Source: Actinomycetota bacterium (GTDB lineage: Bacteria > Actinomycetota > AC-67). Taken from it: a stretch of DNA of 64,000 nt. The first letter of the stretch is position 1, and the number at the start of each line of letters is the position of its first letter. The notes under the pieces are model-generated. The model was given only the letters and a program-made list of their open reading frames with translations. It had not been told where the DNA came from and searched no databases. Made by a program: the position numbers and the translations under genes. This document shows positions 1 to 10,924 of the stretch, piece after piece. The stretch spans positions 87,405-151,404 of the forward strand of contig JBAZZY010000001.1 of assembly GCA_041658565.1 (NCBI GenBank). Direction: 5' to 3'.

Positions 1-1957
<1,957 letters not shown>

Positions 1958-2029
1958 CGCTCACGCTCGCTATAGGGTGCTCAATGTGCCCGTAGATTGA
2001 CAAACGTGGGGCGCAATCCCCAAATAGAG

Positions 2030-2147
2030 TTTCGGTGGCCATGGCGGAGGGGTCACACCCGGTCCCATCCCGAACCCGGAAGTTAAGTCCTCCAGCGCCG
2101 ATGGTACTGCGCGGGCAGCTGCGTGGGAGAGTAGGACGCCGCCGAGA
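2030..2147 (+). rRNA. rrf: 5S ribosomal RNA
   Basis: ~118 nt with 5S hallmarks (CCCATCCCGAACCCGGAAGTTAAG...GCCGATGGTACTG...GGGAGAGTAGGACGCCGCCGAG), directly after the 23S 3' end. Confidence 0.9.
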
Positions 2148-2151
2148 CACT

Positions 2152-2177
2152 TCGAGGCCGGTCCAATTGGACCGGCC
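2152..2177 (+). terminator. rRNA operon terminator stem-loop (AGGCCGGTCCAATTGGACCGGCCT)
   Basis: Perfect 10-bp GC-rich inverted repeat with a 4-nt loop immediately after 5S; no strong T-run, as is common in high-GC genomes. Also the likely target structure of the downstream class-C group II intron. Confidence 0.6.
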
Positions 2178-2709
2178 TCGGCCTATGTACGCCGGGCATG
2201 TGCAATCGCTTGGAGGTGAAAGTCCTCTGGACGCGGAGGTGGTCCGTAGTCCGAGCCAAAGGCAACTGCGTCACCGCGAGGTGGGGTGGGGAGGAAGCCG
2301 GAGGCGAAACCCTGCACCGAGGAACACGAACCGCATATGAGGCGGGACGACCTGGATGAGCTGGCATGGCACAGCGAAGTCCGTACCCACCGAAGGGTCG
2401 TTCCGTAAATGCGGCGGGCGTAGGGGGAAAGTGGTTGTGCTTATCCCGGGAGATCTGCCGGAGTGTCAGAGCACAAGCATGGCTGAGGTCGAGCCATCGC
2501 CTGACCGCTGTCGCAGCGATGCGCCGGCGGACCCGGCAGAAGTCAGCAGAGGCCATAGTAGTGACGCTGTTCGTCGCGAAGGGCCGAACGTAAAGCGAAA
2601 GGACGATCATGTCCGGCTCGTGCAGACGCGCAAAGTGCAGCCAACCCGTCGTGGACGGGCCTGGGACGGTGCCGACGTGGTGAATCCACGGACCTCCGTT
2701 CCAGAGCAG

Positions 2710-4056
2710 ATGCGTTTGCCGGTGCCCGGCATCGAAGATCCTCACCCCACCCGTTCTCTGTGGGACGACGTTTTCGCCGTCTCGAACATCGAACGGGCGA
2801 TCCGACGTGTTGAGCGGAACAAGGGCGCTCCCGGTATCGATGGGGTGTCCACCCAAGAGCTGCGATCGCACTGGCGCACGCACTGGCCCGCGATCAATGC
2901 TGCGCTCGACGCTGGCGCCTACCAACCCGCACCCGTTCGCAGGGTGGAGATTCCAAAGCCCGATGGCGGCGTGCGAGTCCTGGGGGTGCCCACGGTGCAA
3001 GACCGTGTGATCCAGCAGGCTATCTTGCAGGTGCTCACTCCGATCTTCGACCCGACGTTTTCCGAGCAGAGTTTCGGGTTCCGTCCGAACCGCAGCGCGC
3101 ATCAAGCCGTGAATGCGGCCCGGCGTTTCGTTGAGGAGGGCTCGGAGGTGGTCGTGGAGATTGATCTGGATCGTTTCTTTGACCGGATCAACCACGACAT
3201 GCTCATGGCGAGGGTTGCGAGAAAGGTAAAAGACAAGCAAGTGCGCAAGCTGATCCGCTCTTTGCTGAACGCGGGCGTGATGGACGCTGGCGTGTGTGTG
3301 CGGACCGAGGAAGGAACCCCGCAAGGGGGGCCACTTTCGCCGCTGCTCGCCAATGTCATGCTCGACGATTTGGATCAGGAGTTGGAAAAGCGAGGGCATC
3401 GCTTCGTCCGTTACGCCGATGACTTAACGATCTACGTCGAAAGCGAGCGGGCGGGGCAGCGCGTCTTCGAGAGTATCTGCGGATTCATCGAGAAGCGATT
3501 GAAGCTCCGCGTGAACCGTTCAAAATCCAAAGTGGTTTCCGCTACGCGAGCGCATCTGCTCGGCTTTGGACTCTTGAAACGGAAAGGGACGGTTGGTGTC
3601 CGGATCGATTCGTTGGCAAAACGCAAGGCCAAGGATCGCATCCGGCGTCTGACATCCCGCAGCAGGGGTGTGTCGATGGAGCGCCGCATCCGCGAGGTCA
3701 ACGCCTACATTCGCGGCTGGGTGAACTACTTCGGCCTGTCCGACACGCCGAGCACTTTCGACGAACTCGATCAGTGGCTTCGCCGCAGGCTCCGGCAGGC
3801 TCGTTGGAAGCAGTGGAAGCGGATACGCACCAAGGTTCGGATGCTTCGATCTTTGGGGATTCCCAAGCAGAAGGCCTATGAGTGGGCCAACACGCGAAAG
3901 GGCTCCTGGCGCACCGCAGGTTCTGCCCCACTTCAGCGAGCGATGCCCAACGCCTATTGGTCAGCCCTCGGCCTTGTTGGCTTCACCGAGGCTTACCGCC
4001 GTGTCAGGGAGTCTTTGCGAACCGCCGGATGCGGGCCCGCATGTCCGGTGGTGTGA
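2710..4056 (+). CDS. ltrA-like: Group II intron reverse transcriptase/maturase
   Basis: RT domains 0–7 including FRPNRSAHQA, the YADD catalytic motif (FVRYADDLTIYVES), thumb/X and C-terminal maturase region. ATG at 2710 lies 16 aa upstream of the conserved LWDDV...RNKGAPGIDG block. The six-frame ORF extends to 2356, but that N-terminus is probably intron RNA domains I–III. Confidence 0.92.
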   Translation: MRLPVPGIEDPHPTRSLWDDVFAVSNIERAIRRVERNKGAPGIDGVSTQELRSHWRTHWPAINAALDAGAYQPAPVRRVEIPKPDGGVRVLGVPTVQDRVIQQAILQVLTPIFDPTFSEQSFGFRPNRSAHQAVNAARRFVEEGSEVVVEIDLDRFFDRINHDMLMARVARKVKDKQVRKLIRSLLNAGVMDAGVCVRTEEGTPQGGPLSPLLANVMLDDLDQELEKRGHRFVRYADDLTIYVESERAGQRVFESICGFIEKRLKLRVNRSKSKVVSATRAHLLGFGLLKRKGTVGVRIDSLAKRKAKDRIRRLTSRSRGVSMERRIREVNAYIRGWVNYFGLSDTPSTFDELDQWLRRRLRQARWKQWKRIRTKVRMLRSLGIPKQKAYEWANTRKGSWRTAGSAPLQRAMPNAYWSALGLVGFTEAYRRVRESLRTAGCGPACPVV

Positions 4057-4086
4057 GAGGGGCGGGGTAAACCCCCGCCCCCTACT
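4057..4086 (+). ncRNA. Group II intron domain V-like hairpin
   Basis: GAG-AGGGGCGGGG / TAAA tetraloop / CCCCCGCCCCT-AC, in the correct position directly after the RT ORF stop codon. Confidence 0.55.
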
Positions 4087-4215
4087 CGATTTCCTCCTCT
4101 GCGCTCTGGGCGCGTTGGGGCGGGCGCCGGATGAAGGAATCGGGCCATCGCGCGGCGAATCAGTTGGCAAACACGTCGAGGGCGGCTGAACCTGGCTGCT
4201 GCATCGGAGGGACGA

Positions 4216-4695
4216 ATGAGGAGCATAAAGACCTGGGGTCTAGTCGCATCGATTGCGCTGGTGGGATCCTTGGTACCCCTGGGCGCACACGCCGGCGAGT
4301 GGTGCGCCTCGAACATCGTGGTATTCAGCGGGGTGGATGCAGTCGGATCGGTGAACTCGAATGCCGCAGTGTGCATCGCGGAGGACGTCTGGGGCGAGGA
4401 TACGGGCTATGACGGCCGGATCATCAACCCGGGGTCCGATTTCGTGTCCGTGCGATACGTCAACCCGTATTCGCTCACGGATGAGACGCTCACCGCCTAT
4501 CTCGATGGGCTCGGGTTCGAGAACACGGAGATCACGCTCACCCGCGTGGAGTCCGCGACCGGTGAGGCAGTCTACGACTCCGAGCACCTTGACTTGGCCG
4601 CCGATGCCGTGGGGTGTATCACAGCGTCGATTCCGGCATTGATGCCGGATGAGGCGCCGAACTCGTTCCACACCGTGGGCGCTAGCTGCCCATAG
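4216..4695 (+). CDS. Small secreted protein (signal peptide, Cys-containing), hypothetical
   Basis: N-terminal MRSIKTWGLVASIALVGSLVPLGAHAGEW signal peptide with AHA cleavage site; ~135-aa mature region with 4 Cys; coding-like composition. Confidence 0.6.
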   Translation: MRSIKTWGLVASIALVGSLVPLGAHAGEWCASNIVVFSGVDAVGSVNSNAAVCIAEDVWGEDTGYDGRIINPGSDFVSVRYVNPYSLTDETLTAYLDGLGFENTEITLTRVESATGEAVYDSEHLDLAADAVGCITASIPALMPDEAPNSFHTVGASCP

Positions 4696-4709
4696 GTTCT
4701 CGTGATTCG

Positions 4710-4735
4710 ACGAAGGGCCGGCTCTGCCGGCCTTT
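4710..4735 (+). terminator. Putative intrinsic terminator hairpin (GAAGGGCCGGC-TCTG-CCGGCCTTTC)
   Basis: GC-rich 9–10 bp stem followed by TTTCGTGTT, directly after the stop of the 4216–4695 gene. Confidence 0.5.
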
Positions 4736-4736
4736 C

Positions 4737-5384
4737 GTGTTCCCGGCCGTGTCGAGCTGTCGTTCTGGGCCCATGTGTGCGCGCGAGCATTCGGGAGCCC
4801 GCGCGCGCCGGTACACTTGCTGTGTGAGACCCCCAATCAAAGACTCAGAGCGGTTGCCGCGCGCGCTGGAGTTGGAACTTCAAAGGGCGGCGAAGCCGGG
4901 GCGTGGCGCCGACGCAGTGGCGTGGATGACCAAGGCTCGTCGGGCGGAGGCGGAAGGCAGGCGAGAGGCCGCGTACCGCGCGGCATGTCGGGTGAAAGAG
5001 ATGGCGCCGCGTTCGTCGTCCGTCCGCCGGGTAATCGGCGTCGCGGCATGGCACACGGATCGTTGGCACGAGGCATCGCAGGAATTGCTGGCCTATCGTC
5101 GGTTCACGGGCGATTGCTCCTTCGACCCTGCGATCGCGGAGTGCTACCGGCGCCTTGGACGCCCGGAGCGGGCGAGGGACTTCCTGGCCCCCCTGAAGCC
5201 CGAAGATGTGTCGGCTCCGGTCTGGGCCGACGCACAGGTGGTGCGAGCCCGCAGCTTCGCCGACGTAGGGCGGGCGGAGGTTGGGCGAGATCTACTGGAG
5301 TCTGCGCTGCGAGCAGCACGCAGTCCCGCCGCGCGGGATCGCCTTCGCGGCGGCCTGGAGTCCCTGGCGGCGGCGCCGCAGTAG
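4737..5384 (+). CDS. Hypothetical protein (helical, Arg/Ala-rich); start uncertain
   Basis: Single long frame ending at TAG 5382–5384, directly abutting the downstream S51 peptidase start. No recognisable family motif. The first ~40 codons are of dubious coding quality. Confidence 0.4.
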   Translation: MFPAVSSCRSGPMCAREHSGARARRYTCCVRPPIKDSERLPRALELELQRAAKPGRGADAVAWMTKARRAEAEGRREAAYRAACRVKEMAPRSSSVRRVIGVAAWHTDRWHEASQELLAYRRFTGDCSFDPAIAECYRRLGRPERARDFLAPLKPEDVSAPVWADAQVVRARSFADVGRAEVGRDLLESALRAARSPAARDRLRGGLESLAAAPQ

Positions 5385-5391
5385 GGCGGTC

Positions 5392-6105
5392 GTGCGGGAT
5401 CCACGGCGACACTCGCACATTGCCCTCGTGGGCAGTGGCGAGTTCACGCCCGCCATGGCGGACATCGATCGGGAGATCCTGGAGTCCATTGGTCCGGCGC
5501 CCAACGTGGTGATCTTGCCGACGGCCGCAGGAGGGGAAGATCCGCAGGATTGGGCGCTGCGTGGAATCGAGCACTTTTGGCGACTCGGAGCGCGCAGCGT
5601 GGGGCTGATGGTGATCGACCGGGCGCACGCAGAGGACCCCGACAACGTCCGTATCGTCGAGCGCGCGGACCTGTTGTACATCTCCGGAGGAAAGACTGCC
5701 CGGCTGCTTACCGCGTTGGAGGGTTCCCCGCTGTGGGAAGGGTTCCTCGTCGCGCGCGAGGCCGGTGCGTGGCTCGTCGGGTCGTCGGCCGGCGCGATGG
5801 CGCTGGGGGACTGGGCGCTTGTGCACCGGCCCGAAGACGGGCACGGGACGCCGACGTTGTGGACCCCGGGGCTCGGGATATTGCAGGGATATGCTGTTGT
5901 TCCTCATTTTGATCGCTGGACTGAGGCCGAAGCGCTCGCGGACGAGATCAGCCGGTCGTGCTCAGTCATCGGGATCGACGAGGACACTGCAGTTCTCTTG
6001 CACGGGACTCACGCCATCGTCGCGGGGGCGGGTCGAGCACGCGTCATCGGCGGCGAGCACGCGGGTCCGTGGCGTGCGAACGGCGAGCGCTTCGACCTAA
6101 TCTAG
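5392..6105 (+). CDS. Peptidase S51 family protein (cyanophycinase / dipeptidase E-like, class I glutamine amidotransferase-like fold)
   Basis: IALVGSGEF N-terminus, LLYISGGKTARL and GSSAGAMAL (nucleophile Ser) motifs. GTG at 5392 immediately follows the upstream stop. Confidence 0.75.
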   Translation: MRDPRRHSHIALVGSGEFTPAMADIDREILESIGPAPNVVILPTAAGGEDPQDWALRGIEHFWRLGARSVGLMVIDRAHAEDPDNVRIVERADLLYISGGKTARLLTALEGSPLWEGFLVAREAGAWLVGSSAGAMALGDWALVHRPEDGHGTPTLWTPGLGILQGYAVVPHFDRWTEAEALADEISRSCSVIGIDEDTAVLLHGTHAIVAGAGRARVIGGEHAGPWRANGERFDLI

Positions 6106-7025
6106 TGGTGAGTCGAGAAATACCGAAGGTATCCGGCGGCACTTGAGCGAAAAGCGTTGAGGGCCTCGAACTTCGCCACGAGTTCCGGACGATCGTGAAC
6201 GGCGGCGTAGTCGGCGGCGGTGCGCTCTAGCAACCGCTCGGCGAGGAAGTCGATGTCGTGCGACTCGGCCATCGCGTCCCGGACGATGTCGCCGTAACGC
6301 ACGAGGCGCTCCTCTGCCTCGACCAGCATGTCCCGGTCGGCCGGCGCAGGTCCGAAGTGCGTTAGATACAACCCGGAAGGCCGGCGCTCGCGGAACCTTC
6401 GCAGTGTTGACAGAGCGAGGTCTAAGTCGAAATCCGGTGGGGGCGTAGCCGGTCGCAGCACGTCGGCTTCGGGCAGGTACACGCCCATTGCGTCCCCGAC
6501 GAAGATGACGCCCGATTCCGAGTCCTGGACGGCCATGTGGTGTCGCGCGTGTCCCGTTGCCTGGATGATCTCGAGAGTGCGGCCGGCACCGAGGTCGATG
6601 ATGTCGCCGGCGTCGACCGCGCGCAGCCGTTCGACCGGAACCGGCTGAAGGGGACCGAACAGGGTGTCCAACCGAGAGCCAAAGACGCGAGCGGCACTCG
6701 CCATGAGCTTCGTCGGGTCCGCCAGGTGCGACGCGCCGTCGCGGTGGACGATGATCTGCGCGCGCGGGAACAACGCGGCCAAGTCGCCGGCTCCACCGGC
6801 GTGGTCTAGGTGAATGTGCGAAACGACGATGTAGGCAAGATCCCCGGCACCGATGCCGAGTTGCGCGAGGCCGGCGACGAGCGTCGCAGCTACCGTCGCC
6901 GGTCCCGTCTCGAAGAGTGCCGGACGGTCGCCGGGGATGAGGAAACCGGCGACCAGTTCGCTCATCCCCGCCATCTCGGTGTCGATTGCGACGATGCCGC
7001 CCTCTAACTGAATCGTGTTCGGCAT
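6102..7025 (-). CDS. MBL-fold metallo-hydrolase
   Basis: HxHxDH motif (VVSHIHLDHAGGAGDL) and downstream His/Asp ligands (HARHH, FVGDAM). Confidence 0.85.
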   Translation of the reverse strand: MPNTIQLEGGIVAIDTEMAGMSELVAGFLIPGDRPALFETGPATVAATLVAGLAQLGIGAGDLAYIVVSHIHLDHAGGAGDLAALFPRAQIIVHRDGASHLADPTKLMASAARVFGSRLDTLFGPLQPVPVERLRAVDAGDIIDLGAGRTLEIIQATGHARHHMAVQDSESGVIFVGDAMGVYLPEADVLRPATPPPDFDLDLALSTLRRFRERRPSGLYLTHFGPAPADRDMLVEAEERLVRYGDIVRDAMAESHDIDFLAERLLERTAADYAAVHDRPELVAKFEALNAFRSSAAGYLRYFSTHH

Positions 7026-7042
7026 GAGCGGCTTCGCCTCTG

Positions 7043-8299
7043 TCAGTCCAGCGGGCGCAGAACGACGCCCGTGGCGGGTTTCGGAATGAAATAGGTCGAT
7101 TTCTGAGGCATGGCGTCACCGGCTTCGGCTACTGCCCGAACCGCGTCGAACGGCATTGGGGCCAGCAGGAAGGCGAGCGTGGCGCGGCCCTGGGAAATCT
7201 CTTCGACTGCCTCGACGGGGCTGTGCACGAAATGCGGGGTGATCCCGTCGAGCAGGCGGTCGAAGACAAGTGCGTGCAGCACCGAGACGTCGAGATCCCT
7301 CCACGCCTGCGACCGGTTGGCCGGCATGGCCTCCGCCTCGGCTGCGTGGTCGCGCAGAGTAAGCCACCAGGACTGCGAAGCGTCGAGCATGCAGAACGTG
7401 CGGCCGCCCGTTTGTCGACCGGCGAGTTCAGCGGCGAGGGTCTTCGGATCACCGGCGGCAGGCTCGATGTCGAATACGGCCGACAGTCTTGCCAGTGCGT
7501 CCTCGGAGGTGATTCCTTCGACAACCCGGTGGATGGGAAGCAATGATGGACCGAAGCGCGAAGCGTCCACGAGGAACGTCATCTTGGCATCCCATGGGCC
7601 CGGCCCGTCGATCGCGCGGCGTTCGTCGCGGTAGGTCTGGGCGGTGCGCCAGCGATGGTGCCCGTCCGCGATTACCACCGACGCCTTTTCAATTGCGCGC
7701 GTGACTGCGCCGACGGCTTGGGGGTCGCTCAAGCACCATACGAGGTGTTCGATGCCGTCGGGTGTGGTGAATTGCGCGGCGGGCTCTGCGGAGGCTGCTG
7801 CGTCGATCGCGGCGTGGGCTGCGGCGTCGTCGCTGTCGTAGACGCAGAAGACGCAGTCCAGGTTGGTCTCGGCGGCGCGCAGAAGGCTTAGCCGGTCTTC
7901 CACGATCTTGGCGTATGTGCGCTCGTGGGGAAGCACTCCGCCGTCTGCGGGCTCGGCCAAGGTGACTGCAGCGAGGATGCCTCGCTGCGTGCGCCTCACA
8001 CCGTCGAGCACATATCGCTGCTCGTAGACGTACAGGGATTCCCGGTCGTCACGACGCAAGACGCCGGAGCTGACCCATTCGTCGAGCTGGGCGCGCGCGC
8101 GCTCGTAGCGTGTTTGGTCTGGACCGCCGGGGACTGGTTGGGGGAGGACGAGGCGAACGACGTTGTACGGGCTCAAAGCTTCGAACTGCTCACGCTGCGT
8201 CGGCGAGATGACGTCGTATGGAGGGGAGACCACGGTGCTGAGATCTCCGGCGACTAAGGGGTCGTAGCGGAGACCGCGAAAGGGCGTGACTTCAGGCAT
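7043..8299 (-). CDS. DUF1015 family protein
   Basis: N-terminal PFRGLRYDP...VVSPPYDVI signature of DUF1015; 418 aa. Confidence 0.8.
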   Translation of the reverse strand: MPEVTPFRGLRYDPLVAGDLSTVVSPPYDVISPTQREQFEALSPYNVVRLVLPQPVPGGPDQTRYERARAQLDEWVSSGVLRRDDRESLYVYEQRYVLDGVRRTQRGILAAVTLAEPADGGVLPHERTYAKIVEDRLSLLRAAETNLDCVFCVYDSDDAAAHAAIDAAASAEPAAQFTTPDGIEHLVWCLSDPQAVGAVTRAIEKASVVIADGHHRWRTAQTYRDERRAIDGPGPWDAKMTFLVDASRFGPSLLPIHRVVEGITSEDALARLSAVFDIEPAAGDPKTLAAELAGRQTGGRTFCMLDASQSWWLTLRDHAAEAEAMPANRSQAWRDLDVSVLHALVFDRLLDGITPHFVHSPVEAVEEISQGRATLAFLLAPMPFDAVRAVAEAGDAMPQKSTYFIPKPATGVVLRPLD

Positions 8300-8383
8300 G
8301 TCCCGTGTATAGCACTCCGGGCGCGGGGCGGGCGAATGCGCACTGTGCGCCGGACAAATCGCGAGCGGTTACACTGCCGTGCC

Positions 8384-9619
8384 GTGATTCTCGCCCAGGC
8401 CTTTCAGCGATTCGCCTTCGACCTCGATGGTGTGGTGTGGAAGGGGGACGACCCGATTCCCGGGGCTCCCGAGACCATCCGCGCGCTCAGGGACGCCGGC
8501 AAGCGCGTGTGCTTCGTAACAAACAACTCAGCCGAGGTGGCCGACACGTACGTGCGGAAACTCGACCGGATGGGCGCGGGGGCGACGGCTTCGGAAATCG
8601 TATCGAGCGCCGACGCTACCGCGCACATGCTCGATCGGGATGTCCCCGGCGTGCGCGGCCGGCTGGCTTTTGTCATAGGCGGTGAGGGATTGCGCGCCGC
8701 AGTTGCCTCGGTCGGCGCGAGACTCGCCAGCCTCGAAGAGGGCTCGGACGCGTCGGTCGTCGTGGTCGGCATCGATCGGGACTTGACCTATGACAAGCTC
8801 CGCGCCGCGACCTTGGCGATTCGAAAAGGGGCCACGTTCATTGCGAGCAACGCGGACGCGACCTATCCCTACCCCGAGGGCTTGGTGCCGGGAGCCGGCG
8901 CGATCGTCGCGGCGCTGCGGACTGCCTCCGGAGTCGAACCGGCGGTCGCGGGCAAGCCGGATCCGACCATGCTGGAGATCGCGGCCGAGCGGCTGGGAGG
9001 AACGCCCGCGCTCGCGGTTGGGGATCGCTTGGACACCGACATCCTCGCGGCACACACCGCCGGATGGCCGTGTGTGCTGGTGCTTTCCGGCGCCTCGGGC
9101 GTTCCCGACTTGGCAGTCGCGCGCGTCTGGCCGGATTTCATCGTCCGTCGGCTAAGCGACCTGCTCGTCGACCGCCCTTTCGCGAAGGTGCGGTCGGCGA
9201 CCGGGCCGGATCTCCCACATATCGCAGGCATTCTGCACGCCGGAGGGTTGATTTCCGGGGCTGCGCGGGAGCGTCTGGGAAGAACAGTGGTTGCCGAGGT
9301 GGATCGGAAAGTGATTGGGACGGGAGCTTGGGAACTCGCGGGCGAATCGGCGATCCTGCGCTCAGTTGGGGTGGACGAGGCATGTCGCGGAGCCGGAGTG
9401 GGCACGCTCGTCGTAGGGGCGGTGCTGCGCAGGATTGCTGAGGCCGGCCACAGGGATGTCTACCTGGCGACTGATGGCGCCGAGGAGTTCTTCGTTTTGT
9501 GCGGCTTCCGTCCGTTTGCGCGCGAGGACGCTCCACCGGCGGTGATCGAGCATCGACAGATTGCTCGGGAGTGTCCGAGCACGGCCACGCTCATGCGTTT
9601 GAGATTGCCGTTTGCTTGA
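8384..9619 (+). CDS. HAD-IIA family phosphatase (NagD/Rv1692-like) fused to a C-terminal GNAT acetyltransferase domain
   Basis: FDLDGVVW (motif I), FVTNNS (motif II) and C-terminal HAD Asp motifs. Residues ~280–411 carry a GNAT fold signature (VDEACRGAGVGTLVVGAVLRRIAEAGHRDVYLATD...FGF). Start taken as GTG 8384 (VILAQAF...); ATG 8336 is also in frame. Confidence 0.75.
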   Translation: MILAQAFQRFAFDLDGVVWKGDDPIPGAPETIRALRDAGKRVCFVTNNSAEVADTYVRKLDRMGAGATASEIVSSADATAHMLDRDVPGVRGRLAFVIGGEGLRAAVASVGARLASLEEGSDASVVVVGIDRDLTYDKLRAATLAIRKGATFIASNADATYPYPEGLVPGAGAIVAALRTASGVEPAVAGKPDPTMLEIAAERLGGTPALAVGDRLDTDILAAHTAGWPCVLVLSGASGVPDLAVARVWPDFIVRRLSDLLVDRPFAKVRSATGPDLPHIAGILHAGGLISGAARERLGRTVVAEVDRKVIGTGAWELAGESAILRSVGVDEACRGAGVGTLVVGAVLRRIAEAGHRDVYLATDGAEEFFVLCGFRPFAREDAPPAVIEHRQIARECPSTATLMRLRLPFA

Positions 9620-9634
9620 GTGGCAACTGCCATC

Positions 9635-10387
9635 TCAGAGTGACAGACGCGCCGGCGGACGCCGTGGCCTGAAGAGCCCCAGCAGGAGCATGCCCGCGAT
9701 GAAGCCTCCCACGTGGGCCATGTATGCGACGCCGGTGCTCCCGGTGACGGACCCAAGCCCCTGGAAGACCTGCAGTAGGAACCAGAGTCCAAGTACGACC
9801 ACCGCGGGCAGGTCGACGATCGTGATGAAGAAGAAGATCACGAGTGTGCGCACCCGTGCGCGGGGGAACGCAAGCAGATACGCCCCCAGGACGCCGGCGA
9901 TCGCTCCCGAAGCTCCGACCATCGGAGTACCCGAATCCGGCGAGACAAAGGACTGCGCGAAGGTCGCGATGAGGCCGCACAGAAGATAGAAGAGCAGGAA
10001 TCGCGCGCGCCCGAGGCGGTCCTCGATGTTGTTGCCGAAGATCCACAAGTACAGCATGTTGCCGGCGATGTGCAGAAAGCCGGCGTGCAGGAACATCGAG
10101 CGCAGCACCGATAACCACACGTTCTTGTTTGGGCAGAACGCCTCCTGGACTCTCACGATGGAGCTGGACGGGTCCACGTCTCCTCGGCGCGCGGCCTCCG
10201 CGGCAGACCTCCCATGAGTGATTTCGTAGGGGATCGCTGCAGAACAGACTGCGTAGTTTCGTTGCTCCGTCGTGCCGGCTCCGAAGCTGGGCTGGACGAA
10301 GATGAACATCACGAGGTTGATCACGATCAGAGCGGGAACAACGATCGCGCCCCGGCGAATCGGGTTGTCGTCGCGAAGCGGGATCAT
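9635..10387 (-). CDS. Rhomboid family intramembrane serine protease
   Basis: Six predicted TM helices, catalytic Ser in GASGAIAGVLGAY and His in AHVGGFIAG. Confidence 0.85.
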   Translation of the reverse strand: MIPLRDDNPIRRGAIVVPALIVINLVMFIFVQPSFGAGTTEQRNYAVCSAAIPYEITHGRSAAEAARRGDVDPSSSIVRVQEAFCPNKNVWLSVLRSMFLHAGFLHIAGNMLYLWIFGNNIEDRLGRARFLLFYLLCGLIATFAQSFVSPDSGTPMVGASGAIAGVLGAYLLAFPRARVRTLVIFFFITIVDLPAVVVLGLWFLLQVFQGLGSVTGSTGVAYMAHVGGFIAGMLLLGLFRPRRPPARLSL

Positions 10388-10391
10388 GTCT

Positions 10392-10685
10392 CTAGAAGAA
10401 ACGGCGCAGCAGCAGGAGGTCCGCGGGGGACGCGTCCACGCGAACGCGCCGCATCAGCAAGGCCGGTCCGACCGGCAGTCGTCCCTGGATCATGGCGATG
10501 AGATCGTCGCTTCGCGCGGTGATGCGAACGTCGGCGTGGGACTTCGGATCTGCCGCCTCGACCTCGAGGATGCGCGCGTCGCGGATCTCGGCGCGGTACG
10601 CAGTTCCGAGGTCGGGGACGATGCACAGGATCGTCCTGTCCGGAATCGACCCAGGCGGCGGGTCGGCCTGATCCAAGCCGTCCAT
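10392..10685 (-). CDS. SCP2 sterol-binding-domain-like small protein (97 aa)
   Basis: C-terminal DDLIAMIQGRLPVGPALLMRRVRVDASPADLLLL matches the SCP-2 consensus. ATG at 10685–10683; the longer upstream ORF extension is Arg/Pro-rich junk. Confidence 0.55.
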   Translation of the reverse strand: MDGLDQADPPPGSIPDRTILCIVPDLGTAYRAEIRDARILEVEAADPKSHADVRITARSDDLIAMIQGRLPVGPALLMRRVRVDASPADLLLLRRFF

Positions 10686-10795
10686 GAGGGAGCGCAGGGA
10701 CTGTTCGATGTCGTCGGTGGTTGCCACGGGCACGAGGATACCAAGCGCGCCCGGGCGCGCGGGCCCCGGCCGCCGGACGGCGTATAGTTGGTTCG

Positions 10796-10924
10796 ATGGA
10801 TGAACCCCGGATCGATAATGAACTGGAGCGCATTGCGCAGCTTCCGCTCGACCAGCGTGCGGCCGAACTTGAGGTGATCGAGCAGGGTTTGCGCGCCTCG
10901 CTCGACGACGCTCCGAAGGCGTGA
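10796..10924 (+). pseudogene. tlyA: TlyA N-terminal S4 RNA-binding domain segment in a separate frame (frameshifted relative to the methyltransferase domain)
   Basis: MDEPRIDNELERIAQLPLDQRAAELEVIEQGLRASLDDAPKA aligns with the mycobacterial TlyA N-terminus (RVDAELVRRGLARSRQQAAELIGAGKVRIDGLPAVKPA). It ends at TGA 10922–10924, one nucleotide out of frame with the downstream MTase ORF. Confidence 0.6.

Larger units (their letters stand above)
2196..4140 (+). mobile_element. Group II intron (class C-like, bacterial) with intron-encoded RT/maturase; boundaries approximate
   Basis: ~1.95-kb element sitting just 3' of a terminator hairpin, the typical IIC insertion site. GTACG/GTGCA-like 5' sequences at 2196–2213. 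Intact RT ORF in the position of domain IV. Domain-V-like hairpin GAGGGGCGGGG-TAAA-CCCCCGCCCCTAC (4057–4086) immediately after the ORF stop, with a short domain-VI-like tail before the next gene. Confidence 0.8.

Noticed and set aside
2083-3399. 438-aa minus-strand ORF across 5S rRNA and the intron RT
   Set aside because: Antisense to a motif-rich RT ORF and overlaps an rRNA; no coding features.
6097-7119. 340-aa Arg-rich minus-strand ORF
   Set aside because: Alternate frame of the MBL-fold hydrolase gene on the same strand; its composition (R/P/G runs) is typical of an off-frame GC-rich translation.
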